Shown piece by piece: positions 12,960-25,324 of a DNA stretch of 64,000 nt; the first letter of the stretch is position 1; each line of letters starts with the position of its first letter. The position numbers were made by a program, and so were the translations under genes. The stretch comes from Selaginella moellendorffii (lineage: Eukaryota; Plantae; Lycopodiophyta). The DNA is taken from the NCBI RefSeq assembly GCF_000143415.4, contig NW_003314267.1:3460387-3524386 (forward strand), given 5' to 3'. The notes beneath the pieces are model-generated. The model was not told the DNA's origin. It did not search any database and saw only the letters and a program-made list of their open reading frames with translations.

Positions 12960-14792
12960 TCTTTATCGTTTGCTCTGGATTAGTCTTTTGGGTTTAAGAT
13001 ATCGATAAGCTATTGCTAACACTTACTTGAGCAACTTTGGTTCTTTCGTATTGTTGACTGGGATTTATTTAGATTGGCTAGTGTGATAGTTGGCATTAAC
13101 AAATATTTATTGGTCTTGTATCATTTATTCTATTTTGTTTATTATTACTACAATTGGTTCTAATAGATTAGATATTATTTCCTTTAGGTGATACATTTGT
13201 GAGCATCTTTTTTGCTAGTCAATGATAGTTTATATTTTTTGAGTAAGTTGTTTGGCATGTTATCTATAATTTTTCAAAGTTAAGCTTTATCATTGAGTTT
13301 TTCTTGATAATACACTTACTATTGAATTTTGTTGGATAGTTCATCCTATGTCTTGAAACTATAATGATTGGTGGTTCCTATATTATTAGTTTATTGGATG
13401 ATAACTTACTTGGAATACTTTTGTGTTCTAATCTATGCCTAATTCACTAATAGTTTAGTCTCTAAGCTATCATTGTTTTTGACTTTAATATTGTTCTTTG
13501 GGTTAGGCTAATATAGGCAAGCTAGCTTTGGCACTTAGTGTACATAGTGAAAGTCTAGTAATGGGGTAGTTACTGTCGATTAGTCACATCACCCGGCTCT
13601 TTCTCGATATTCCTTATTCACAGTGTGACTATGTAAATAACTCTTGCATATTTATAATAGTCTATTTAAACCTTAGTGATGGGTTTGGTTTTTTTGCTCA
13701 AGAGGATTAGGACCTTTGGCTTCTTTCTTTATGTCACTAGTGGGTAAAGCCATATCTCATTTATAGTCTAGGTGACATCTAAAGTAGTAAGGGTGGCTAG
13801 CTCCATTGGTCATTTCCTTGTTGGCAACAGCCGGAAGGTATCTAAGTTGTAGTGTATTTGCATTAGATAAAGAGGTTGCCTTTTAACTTATTTAAGTTGG
13901 TGCATTTTTCACAAAGTGTGAACATTGTAAACTTTTTTTGGAGTTGTTTCTTTGGTAGTGATCTAGATTAGAGTATGTATCGATGAGGACATTAGTTTTC
14001 CTTAAGGAGGGGAGAGTGTTGTGAATGTGAGTATAAGTATCGAAAGTTACTTACCAGCAAGTCCTTTCAAATATTCTTTCCTTACTACCATAACAGCAAG
14101 AGCTTGGTATTGCTAGACCCTTTTATTAGTCTTTGCTTTAAGATAGTTAAGAAATTGGTCTTCACATGTGCACTTGGTCAAAAGAGTATAAGGACAGAAT
14201 TTCTAAGTGCTATTAGTCAAACATACTTAACCTGGTTAGAAAAACTCATTCATTAGCTTGCACTTGCTAATATTGAGAACCCTCGCAATATTGAGTGTGG
14301 TCCTTCAATATTCGCTAGACGATAACTTATTATGTCCACCAAGACACTCTCACTATCATGCCATGGGGTTGGGGGTTCCAAATATATAATAGAGATAGTG
14401 GGTACATGGCTGACCAACTTGAGGCATAGTCTAGTACCCTCACATTAGGCCATCAGTATGCTAAAATTAATCCATTTAACTTTGTTTTGCATGTTAGTCC
14501 AAGCATTAAGATGTTTGATGCTCTATGACTGTTTTTATGTTGTTCCATATTTTTGTCCTTTCACTCATTAGGCTAAATGCTCAAGAGTCACTCTATGCTT
14601 TAGTTTCTATGCTCCTTGGATGCAAGCTTGGGAGTTTGGCTCCATCCCTTCATTCAATGGCTTAAGGCTCTAAAATTCAAGTTTCACTTTGCTGTCCTTG
14701 GATACATGGCATGTGGAGGATTAAGGTTCCACTCCATGGTTATCCTATGGTAAACCACCATAAAGTAAAGGGTGAAAACCACATATGCTACA
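12960..14792 (+). mobile_element. Decayed Tat family C 3' region, PPT and 3' LTR (14017-14792)
   Basis: PPT AAGGAGGGGAGAG followed by TGTTGTGAATGTG..ATGCTACA. Similar to 16283-17423 and to the reverse complement of 57654-59250. Confidence 0.7.
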
Positions 14793-14919
14793 TTATTATA
14801 GCATACATAATTTTCACCTTATACCCTATTTTCACCATATAATAACTATGGAGTAGAATCTAACCTTTATACATATTGTTAAGGGCAACAAAGTAGAACT
14901 TGAGTTTTAAGATATTAGG

Positions 14920-15642
14920 TGTAGTGCACCTTATCTCTCTCCCCTTAAGCCAACTGGAAAAGAGGTAATTGCTTGATGAGAGAGCCCTTAATGGCTATTT
15001 TATCCCCATTTATCCCCCAAGGTTCCAAGGATCCACGGTGACAATATATCCAAATCTCATCCCATGATCACATGTGCTACACTCACCCCCCCTTCAGAGA
15101 TGTCAATGTCCTCATTGACTATTGACTAGCAACCCCAATCTACCAATCCTCCCATGATGACATGTGCTACACTCACCCCCCCTTCAGAGATGTCAATGTC
15201 CTCATTGACTATTTTCTAGCAACCCCAATCTACCAATCCTTCCATTGTGTAGATTAGCTATTCCATGTGAAGCAACTAATCATCCACCTGTACCGCAGTC
15301 CCACGGTGGATACCTTCGTCCGTGGATACTCCACACAAGAGGAAGGACGTATGCATGGATGCCCAATACGTACGATTTCAAATTTAGGGGTAGGAATATA
15401 CCTTGCTCAAGGGTATATTATATTTTAGGTAGCCACTAATCAATGGGAATCGAACCCATGCCATTTTCTCCGATACCAACTGTAGCGCACCTTATCTCTC
15501 TCCCCTTAAGCCAACTGGAAAAGGGGCAATTGCTTGATGAGAGAGCCCTTAGTGGCTATTTTATCCCCATTTATCCCCTAAGGTTCCAAGGATTCACGGT
15601 GACAGTATATTCAAATCTCATCCCATGATCACATGTGCTACA
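14920..15642 (-). mobile_element. TRIM (terminal-repeat retrotransposon in miniature), 162-bp LTRs, TSD TTAGG
   Basis: Near-identical TG..CA repeats at 14920-15081 and 15481-15642. TTAGG on both flanks. Met-type PBS TGGTATCGGAG on the minus strand (~15468-15478), PPT at 15082-15094, internal ~90-bp duplication, no ORF. Confidence 0.92.
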
Positions 15643-16282
15643 TTAGGCCATTGAACAAAGAGATGGAACCAAACCCCTAAATATATAGCAAAGAAGCTAT
15701 AACCCATCCTATCTTCAGCCAACTGGAAAAGGGATAACTTAAAAGAGCTATTAGTGTTATTTTATCTTTATTATCTCGTAAAGTTTTAAAGATCCATGAT
15801 GATAGTATATCCATTCATCTCATGATCACACATACTACCCCTTTTAGTGATGTTTCTTTGGTGGTTATATAGATTAGAGTATGTGTTAGTGAGGACGTCG
15901 ATCTTCTCAAAAGGGGGATTATGTCATGAATGTGATAGTAGGTATCAAAAACTATTTATTAACAACTTCTTTTGGATATTTTTCTTTTACTATCATGACA
16001 ACAAGAGATCAGTATTGCTAAACCCTTTATCAATCTTTGCCCGAGCTAGTTAAGAAACTAGTTTTCACACATGTAGGATGGATTTCCTAAGTACTATTAT
16101 TCAAGTATATTTGACTTAGTTAAAAAAATACATTCATTGACTAGTGTTGAGACCCTTGTGATATTGAGTTTAGTCCCTCAATATTTGTTAGATGAAAGTT
16201 TACTATATTGACACTCCTATTAACATGCTTTATGTGTTAGTCTCGTTTTAATATTATCAACTATTTTGGAAAGTATCTATAT

Positions 16283-17423
16283 TGTCGCAAATGTGACTTC
16301 GGGTATCAAAAGTTACCTGTCGACCAGTCCTTACGGACACTCTTTCCTTACTACCACGACGGTAGGAGGTCGGTATTGCTAGACCCTTTATCAGTCCCTC
16401 TTGTGCTAGTGGAGTTAACTGGGCATTTCGAGTGTACTTAGACCGGACGACCATAAGGACGGAATTCCTACGTGTTATTAGCTAAGCATACTTAGCCCGG
16501 TAAGGAATTCCCGTCTCGTTATGTCTTGCACTGGCTAGTGACAAGAACCCTTGCGTATTGAGATTGGTCCCTCAATATCGCTGGATGATAGCTTACCGTG
16601 TCTGCCAAACACCCTCGCTATCATGCCCTTTGTGTTAGTCTCACTTCGGTCCCAAATGCTATTTATGGAAAGTGTCTAGATTTGCTCATTTGGCATATCT
16701 ACGGAATGTAGAGATCAGCCTGAACACAATGGTGTTCGTCCCATGTCCAAATTCACATTCTAAGAACATTCCATATTTAGTAAGTTTCAAGCTTGTCCCA
16801 GAGACTAACTCCTGATACTAAGGGAGGCTTGGGGTGAAAGCCCAAAGCGTGTGTTCCTCAAGGGGGGGCTGTGGGGGGTTCCAAATGTATAGTAGGGATA
16901 GTGGGTAGGTCGGGCATGGCCGCCCAACCTGAGGTATAGTCTAGCTCCCGCTTGCGTGCCTGTCCTTGTTCTACGTCCGGCTTGGGTCTAAGCCCAAGCT
17001 CCACACCATGCTAGCTGGTGGAGTACCCATATCCTCGTGTTAGGCCACCGGTATGCTGAAATAGTGCCAGACTCCGTTTGGCTCTGTTTTACGTGTTGGT
17101 CCTGGCATTGGGATGCTGGTTACTCTAGGACTGTTTCAAGTCGCTCCGGGCTCCTGTCCCTTCGCTCCTTGGGCTATATGCTCGGGAGTTGCTCCGTGGT
17201 CCGGTTTCATCATTCCTTGGCTTTACGCTTGGGAGTTTGGCACCGTTCCTTCGTTCAGTGGCCCAAGGCCCTGAACCTCGGGTTCCATTCCACGTTCCTT
17301 TGGACACATGGCATGTGACACGTGGCATCTGTCACATGGCACAAAGAGGGTTTAGGTTCCGCTCCGTGGTGTTATCCTATGGTAATCACCATAGGATAAA
17401 GGGTAAAAACCACGTGCACTACA
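16283..17423 (+). mobile_element. Solo LTR of Tat family C, TSD TATAT
   Basis: TGTCGC..CACTACA flanked by TATAT (16278-16282 and 17424-17428). Reverse-complement homolog of 57654-58775. Confidence 0.9.
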
Positions 17424-17899
17424 TATATCTACTAGTGAGGCATGTTTATAAAATATAAAGATTGTCCTAAATATGATGATATTGCTCCCACATCTAGATT
17501 CATAATTTAACACCATTCTATATTTGATAAGTTTTTGAGATTGTCCTAAAGACTACCTCTTGAGACTGGGATAAAAGCCCAAAATGTGCTTTCATATAGG
17601 GAATTTGTGAGGGGTTTTAAATATATAATAAGGATAGTGGGTAAGTTAGGCATTGTTGACCAACTTGAGACATTATTTAACTCTTTATTAAGCATGTTTA
17701 TTCTTGTTTTACATCTCCATACCATTCTAGCTAGTGAGACATTGGCCAGAAATCTAATATTGATGTTGTATAGGTTGGAGATCTTCCAATTCTAAGATCT
17801 TGTAGGTGTTTTTTTTTTGTTTTTTTTCTGTAAGATTTTTCTGTGCATGCTATACAATTGAAGTTTTAAAACACCTATTTTAGCCTTTAAAGGATCAAG

Positions 17900-18990
17900 T
17901 ATAAAGTGGTATCATTAAGGCAATCAATTCAAAGTTTTGCTTTTATAACACCCTTTAGAAGAGTGAGAGGAATCATTAGCAGTAGCATAACACAAGGGGG
18001 CTATGAGCTAAGTGAGTACTGAATCATTAAGGCTTAGCAATTAATTTAAATGATAAAACATAACTAATAAATAGTTTAGATAGCAGTGAAACAACTTACA
18101 AAAGATAGCTCAAAGAACATAAAATATCATTGACTAAACAAATAAAATACTGATAAATGTATCACCATAAAAAAATAACATTCTAATATATCATAACCAA
18201 CTTTAACAATAATGAACAAAACAGAATTAATACCACAAGGCTAATAAACATCCATTTAAGTGAACTATTGCACTGATTCATTTTAATAAATCCCAATCAA
18301 CAATATAAAGGAACAAAAATTGCTCAAATACATGTTAGCAACATTTTATTATCTCAAACCCAAAAAACAAATTCAAACCAAATCACAAAAAAATATAATA
18401 ATGCAAAAAGCTAGAAGCCATCAAAGTAACAACTAACCATCATAGAAATTGTCAATCACCCCATCAATAGAGATGTATATCATTGGTCAAAAAAGAATCT
18501 ACCATCCCAAATAATGATAAACCATCCATCATTAATAATAATCAAACAAGATCTCTAACAAGGATAATCAATTATGCTAGATGAAAATTAATTATCACTA
18601 TTAATTGTTAGATGCAAATACCAACTTAAACATCTATCTAAATTAATGAGCCAAAATGCTTTCCCTAACAACTCCTAATAAATGGAACAATAAGAACTTT
18701 ATAGCCAAGTCTTATATAAAAATAATCATAACTCTTGTAGCAACCAACTTAAATGCTAAAGAATAGTTATAAAAAATAACATCCTCCTTGATACATTTAT
18801 AAGCCAAATTTCATAATGCAAGAGCTAATGAAAAATATATCTACATCAATCCAAAAGCCAAGCATAACAAAAATATACTCAATAAGTGATTTCCAAATGA
18901 TCCTACATAAATCTATTTTCCATATCAAGCATAACTCACTTCATAATAAGCACAATAAAAATTCTTAATAATCAATACAGCTGTGAAGAA
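17900..18990 (-). mobile_element. Decayed retroelement relic, inverted homolog of ~5700-6650
   Basis: Reverse-complement similarity to the AT-rich relics at 5700-6650 and 13000-13290. Confidence 0.4.
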
Positions 18991-20446
18991 AATTTTACAT
19001 TCAAGTGTTTTAACCAAGCTTATTTTACCTTGTTTTTGCTTTTGTAGATAGTACTAATAAATTTAACCACTCTACGTTTTCTTGTCAACCTCATATAACT
19101 CACATATACACTAATATGACTTTTCCACTTAAACTGAAAGAGGAGAAAATGATAATTGACTATTGTTTCATATTCACTTTAGATAAAGCGCATTCTAGCA
19201 CTTTGATTAGAGATCCAAAAACTTGAATTTCCTTGGACTTGGAATTCTATAAATCTTATTGTTGTCTACTCTTTCCCACACCAGAAAGAAGAAACTTCAA
19301 GCATACAACCATACTAGTGTTAGTACAAATCACACCACAAACAAAATAGAGCCTAATAAAGATCAAAATGCTAACATAAAAAACTTTTACAAAAAAATAT
19401 TTAAAAAAAGGATAAAAATAAATACCTGGAGAGGAAAATGTGAAAGAAACCTCTCCATCCTTCTCTTTAGGGTTTAAAGTTTTCTATCTCTATCTCTCTC
19501 TCTATATATATGTTTGTAAAAATTCATAGTGAACCATAAATTGCAATTTAAGGGCAATAAAAAGAATGTCAATAATGTATAAAATGAATATAAATATTAT
19601 AGCATATCTAATATTTACAAGTGTAATGCTATTGTGATATCTGATATATGTATATATATGTATCCAAGGGTTTTTACCACATGAAGTCTAATTATCAGTG
19701 ATAATGTTAGTAATAACATTCTGCTATGGCATGTAGATCCAAAATATCCTATTTGACTATCAGAGTATCATTATATTGTCAAATCTTTAGTGCTAAGTGA
19801 AGTTAGTAATGATAATTCTTCAATGATATTGATTTGATTATCAGTACAAGTCTTATCCATAAGTGTAAATATTGCTCAATGATATTACAGCATGTGCATA
19901 GTATAGTATAATATATTTAATATGTTAATGCAATATGCCTTTTTATACTCTTTAACGTTCCTATCACAAATCCAAAACATGTACAAAATCTTGATGAGAA
20001 TGCATCATTTCTATATCATTAGGAAAAAATAATATCATATCTATAATAACTTAAACATTGATAGGTTGAAGTAATATAGTGCTTTGAATCCAATCACCTA
20101 TAGATAGTGCTAATAATGAAGATTTTTAATTCTAAGAGTTTAGGATCACTGGCTAAGATATCAATATCATTGAAAGGGCTGTACAATGTTAATGGTTGAC
20201 ATCACGCAAGATATAGTACAATAGTTGCTATCTCTGAAAAAAGTTGTTATCTCTTGAAATATTCTGCATATTTTTCAAGTTTTTAGTTATAGCATCATTA
20301 CTATATTCAAAAAATAAAGATTTGCATACAGTAAGATTGTATCTCATGTTATTTGTAAGATAAATTAAGATATCATGATATGGTAATAGCTAGGATAGGC
20401 TGCCAAGATTAGAGTTAGGTTTCACTGTCATAAGTTAGTGTTGCAA

Positions 20447-20540
20447 GAGATTGAGCATATGACTGATTGAGCATATGAGAGATTGAGAGCACTACAAGAG
20501 ATTGAGTGCATGATATATTGAGCACTATAAGAGATTGAGT
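20447..20540. repeat. Short degenerate tandem repeat (GAGATTGAGCA.. units of ~16-21 bp)
   Basis: About six GATTGAG-containing units in tandem. Confidence 0.7.
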
Positions 20541-22597
20541 GGAGGCTAAACACTATAATAATTTGAGTGCTATGAGAGTTAGGGGCAAAGCAAAGTGCAA
20601 GCACTGCAGAAGTGTCAAGTGTGGAGAGCCGAGCAACAATGCCACGAAGGGTAAGTTTCTTCCAATTAGTTTCTTTTCCATTTATTTGTTATTATCTATT
20701 TTCTTTCTCTCTTTGTTTCTACTGTTTCTTGCCAAGATCAAGAGCAATAGGGGCCAACTTAGGTTGAGGTTGTTGGTGAGGTTGGGCATCATAGGCAATT
20801 TTGTCATTAGTGGGGCCAATGTTATTTGAATAACCTTAGCCTCTGGGTAATAAAACTATCTAGGGTCCAACTTGGGCCAGCCACCTTGGGCAGTTTTGCG
20901 GTCTAAAGAGCTGAAGTTATTTGAATAATTTTGGACCTCTAGGCCATGAAATTGATGGCCATGAAACTATTTAAGGTCAAGCTTAATCCAACTAAGATAT
21001 ATGCCACTTGAGGTACCAGTTTACATTCAATTTTTTGCAAAGGTTGTAAGGGATGGAAGAATGTACTTAATAATGTTTATGAGAGTTCTAAAGGCACAAA
21101 GATAGATTGGTTTTAGGAGTTAGAGCTCCTTGGGAGGACACCTTCACTAAATCAAGAAAAAGTTATCAATGTTGGCAACAATTGTGATTCTAGTGATGAT
21201 AGAGAGGAGGATAAATAAACATTGGATCAAGTTCACACTCCACCACCTAAGTCAAGATCAAGATTCAATTCCACCACTAGATGGCCAAGATCTAGATCAA
21301 GTTCCACTAGTAAATGATAATGATTGAGTAGTTCAAAGAATATCATCTTAACTTTGAGATAAGCAAAGGTGACTTTTACAAACTAGATATGGTAACACAT
21401 GTTTTTTGTAGTGATGATTATTTAGTAATTTCATTCCAACTCAATAAGATTCTTATGATGAGGAATTGGAGGAACTCTCATCGACAATATGTCATATAAT
21501 GATAGCATATTTTTTGTTGTTTTTTCATTTACTTGGCTCTATTTAGTTCTGTCCTATTTCTCCAATAGCACATTGAGGCACTATGGGTGTCTTTGTTGAC
21601 TCCTATAGTAGATTACTAACATCTTTCATAAAAGAAAATATGAATATGGACATATAGTACCAATTTGACTATTAGTGTCAAATGACTCTAACTGGATCTA
21701 TAAGCTTATAATGTGTGCAACATATATTTGTTATGTCATATACTTGGAAAGACTTCTAAAGCATCCAGTTTTAGAAACTACAACTGATTATAATCTATAA
21801 AGCAGAGTATTAAAATCTTAATAAATATAATTTACATTCTTGAGGTTAAAGGCATCTTATGAAATCCTTTGAGCTAGCATTTGAAGAAATGATATTCTTC
21901 AATAGAAAACATTAATTTACTAGAGTCATGTGCTACCTTTACCATAGAACCATTACCTATTGTGCAATCAATCACAAATTTAATGAGCAATAGAGCTTAA
22001 ATAAAACTTGCATCAATGATGGAGTTTGAAATTGATATCCAGGAAACGTGTTACAAATTTGCTCATGCATATGGTTGAGTATGATGTTAGTTGAATTGTT
22101 ATACTCAGGAAAAACATATGTTGCACACTCACTATCATGAAATTAACCATATGTATTTCTATAGAAGGCATTATCATAACCTAGAAAATAAAGAGTTTAA
22201 AAATTCCATTTGCCTTGGACACCCCTAGTATCGATACTAATATGATTTATGATGCATCTAGAAGAAAATGACTTCAAATAAACTTTTGAGTTTTCTTGAT
22301 AATATACTTGTGTGAGCGCATGGAATATTGAAAGGGAATACAAAAATGTGCATATTAATTAGCCCAAAAATTTAGCCTATATACACGAGCGAGTGGTCCG
22401 GATTGAAACCAATCCAACGGCTACCAAAATCCTACTATGCTAATATTAGTATATGGCATCGTAGTCGTACACTTGGCCCTCACATCATCCCCTCTTCTCA
22501 GAATAATGGAAGGCCGTCAGGGTTCTCTTGTAGACGGGCCGGGATCTGGAGGAACGTCAGGAGGAAGCATTGGTGGATCTGTAGATGGTATTAATTG

Positions 22598-24128
22598 CTA
22601 CTGAACCATTTGTATGAAGCGTTTCAACCGCTGCACATGCACAATCTGTGGAGGATCGGCCTGCTGGACGTCATGCCGAACCTCATAAACTTGTGGTCCA
22701 ACTTGCCACAACACCCGATACAGTCCTTTCCACTGCGCAAGGAGCCCCTTAAATAAACCACGTACCGTAAGATGGGGAAAACGGACTAACACCAAATCAT
22801 CCACTTTGTACTCTGCAGGTGGATGATGATGGGAGTTGTAGTGCCGTTGTTGTCCCACTTGTACGCGGCCTAAGTGTTCGGCAGACTCAGCTCGGACAAG
22901 TGGAAGAATGCTCGTCAAATATTGATCCCACAATCTAGCATCGGGAGCTCGTGGCAATCGCGAAGGTAAACCCAACTCTGTTGGTAATATTGGATCATGA
23001 CCATATAGGAGTTTATATGGTGAAGCACCAACAGAACTCTGCACCCTTGTGACATAGGCATACCAAAGAGACGGCAAGTAACCATCCCAATCCGAATGCT
23101 GAAAGTTCACATACTTTGCAATCATCCCTTTGAATGTCCAAACGAGCCGTTCCACCAGACAGTCTGATTGTGGATGATAAGCACTAGTGAAAGTGTGGCG
23201 TATCCCCAACCGAGATGTCAAAACATGAAATACCTCAGCCATAAATACAGGACCATTATCCGAAAGAATCTGCTCTGAACAAGAATGCTGGAACACCACT
23301 CAATTGAGGAGGAAGTATCCAACAGCAATTGCAGAGGTGCTAGCAAGAGCACTAACTTCCACCCAATGAGTCAAGTAGTCAAAAGCAATAATAACATACT
23401 CATTGCCAACAGTTGACCATGGAAAAGGTCCCATAAGATCAAACGCCACCAACTCAAATGGACGGGAAACTGCAATTGACTCCAACCGTCCTTCCGCAGC
23501 ACAAGGGGGAGTATTACGAGCTTGGCACCAAATGCAGCTACGCACATACCAGATAATATCACGTTGCATCTCCGACCAATAGAAAGACCTACGCAGCTTC
23601 TCAGTCACACGACGATGTCCCATATGCCCACCTAAAACAGAAGAATCATGGTAGGCATGGAGAAACTACGGAATAAAGATAGAAGGCACCACTAGCAGTA
23701 AATGATCATTAGTATCTGTCCCCACAAAATAAAGAAAGCCATCTTCAAGACGATATTGAGAATGTAAATGCCTGAAAGGCAAGTCATCAGCAAGTGATGC
23801 AGGATTCTCAAATGCATCTCGAAGCCTTTGAATCCACAGCTCAATCTTTTGAGCCTTGCGAACCTCATCAAGAGAAGGTAGATCTTGCTCTGTGCCTTGT
23901 GGACACTGAACGTCAAGTACAGCAACCACCGACGGCATAGAATCCTCGTCTACAAAATCCACAGATGCTAGAACAACAGGCTCATCAGAAACATGAGAAG
24001 AGAGTGGAGAAGGAAGAGGAGCTCGAGAAAGGGCGTCAGTATCAGCCATAGAACTCCCTGGGTGATGAACAACATCAAAATCATATATCTGAAGCTTCAA
24101 AACCCATCGAGTAGTACGACCAACCAGG
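22598..24128 (-). pseudogene. Element B pol, 3' part: RNase H end and integrase (zinc finger, DDE core, GPY-like tail)
   Basis: GHMG..CIWC, FDLMGP, DYLTHWVE, LSDNG, YHPQSDCLVER, WKGLY; premature stops. Confidence 0.9.
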
Positions 24129-24209
24129 TGTAAGGAACCGACTCCCCGAGATGTCATAGGCTAAAGGATCCCCGAAAGCATGACCGAAATGACAAAGAGT
24201 TCATCGGAT

Positions 24210-24470
24210 GGGACCGAGTAGAAGATCGAGTCCAAGACTGACTCTGAGACCGAGTTCAAGATAGAGTCCGGGATCGAGCCCGAGGCCGAATCGGAGACCG
24301 AGTTCGAGACAGAGTCCGAGATCCAAATCGGGTCCAAGACCAAGTCTGAGGTCGAGTCCGAAGTCAAGTCCGAGATCGGGTCTGAGATCAAGTCCAAGAT
24401 CGAGTCCGAGACCGAGTCCGAAGTCGGGTCCGAGATCGAGTCCGAGATTGAATTTGAGACTAAGTCCAAA
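24210..24470 (+). repeat. 12-bp tandem repeats (GAGTCCGAGATC-like) in the U3 of the A LTR; also at 44590-44850
   Basis: Directly visible; source of the ES/SD/LG-repeat ORFs in the ORF track. Confidence 0.85.
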
Positions 24471-25324
24471 TACTAATACGGGGTGAAAGCCCAAAGTGTG
24501 CGTCTCCCAAGGGGGGGGGGGGGCCAGGGGCTGCAGGGGGTTCCAAAAGTATAGTAGGGATAGTGAGGTCTAGGAACCAGTCTTGAAGGAACTCTCCAGT
24601 GGTGCTTCCAAACTGACTTGACGTTGAGACTGGGGCCGAGGGGCCTTGGGTGGGAGTGAGCATGGGCTTGGGTGGTGCCGAAGGGGCCACCCAGGGAAGT
24701 GCTCAAGAGCAGCTCCCACTCCCGAAAGGGAAACCGACTGCGGTGCTCCTGGCTCATGTGGAGTGGTGCCCCACTTGAGTACCTTGTGGCTCATTGGTCC
24801 TCGCCCTTCCTAGGGGCTTGGGCCTTCCCTTCGGGATGGAAGTGGGGGCATAGAGGTACCCATACTGGGCCGTTAGGCCACGGTGTTTCGCCCCGATGTC
24901 CCGAAGCAAGTGTTGCACCCAAGGCTTGGGATTTAGAGGGTCCCATGATCAAGTCTTGTTGTACCAAGGGGTGTTAGGAACCTGGAGGTTTGGTGTGCTT
25001 GGCTGCTTGTGCCTACGGGGAGTGTAGCCGAACCTTAAGTCCAGTTTATCCTGGGGAGGGGGATTGGGAGAGATTTGGGAATCCGTAGATGGATGGCTAA
25101 CACTTTGTTGCTCGTGTAGTGAGTAGCTGAAACCAAGTAGGACCAAGTAGGAGCTGGTACAATAGGCGAGAACCTTGGCGAGGGAACTTAGCACAAGCCA
25201 AGGCAGTGTTGGTCGGATAGACAAGGTAAGCTTGCAAATTGGAAAGGAAAAATTTATGGCTTACAATTTGGTATTGAAGCCTTTTCCTCAGTTCTAGCGA
25301 AGGATAGAGGCGGATTGCTGGGAG

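Noticed and set aside
15443-15459. tRNA gene
   Set aside because: Only a T-arm is present, with no acceptor, D or anticodon arms; the same holds at 2366 and 44259.
17305-17342. Copy of the Sola palindrome in the Tat solo LTR
   Set aside because: It shares only ATGGCATGTG; it is a different hairpin lacking the GGCC centre and the 22-bp spacing.
19000-22300. Additional DNA transposon
   Set aside because: AT-rich decayed sequence; no TIR/TSD pair or transposase motif could be supported.
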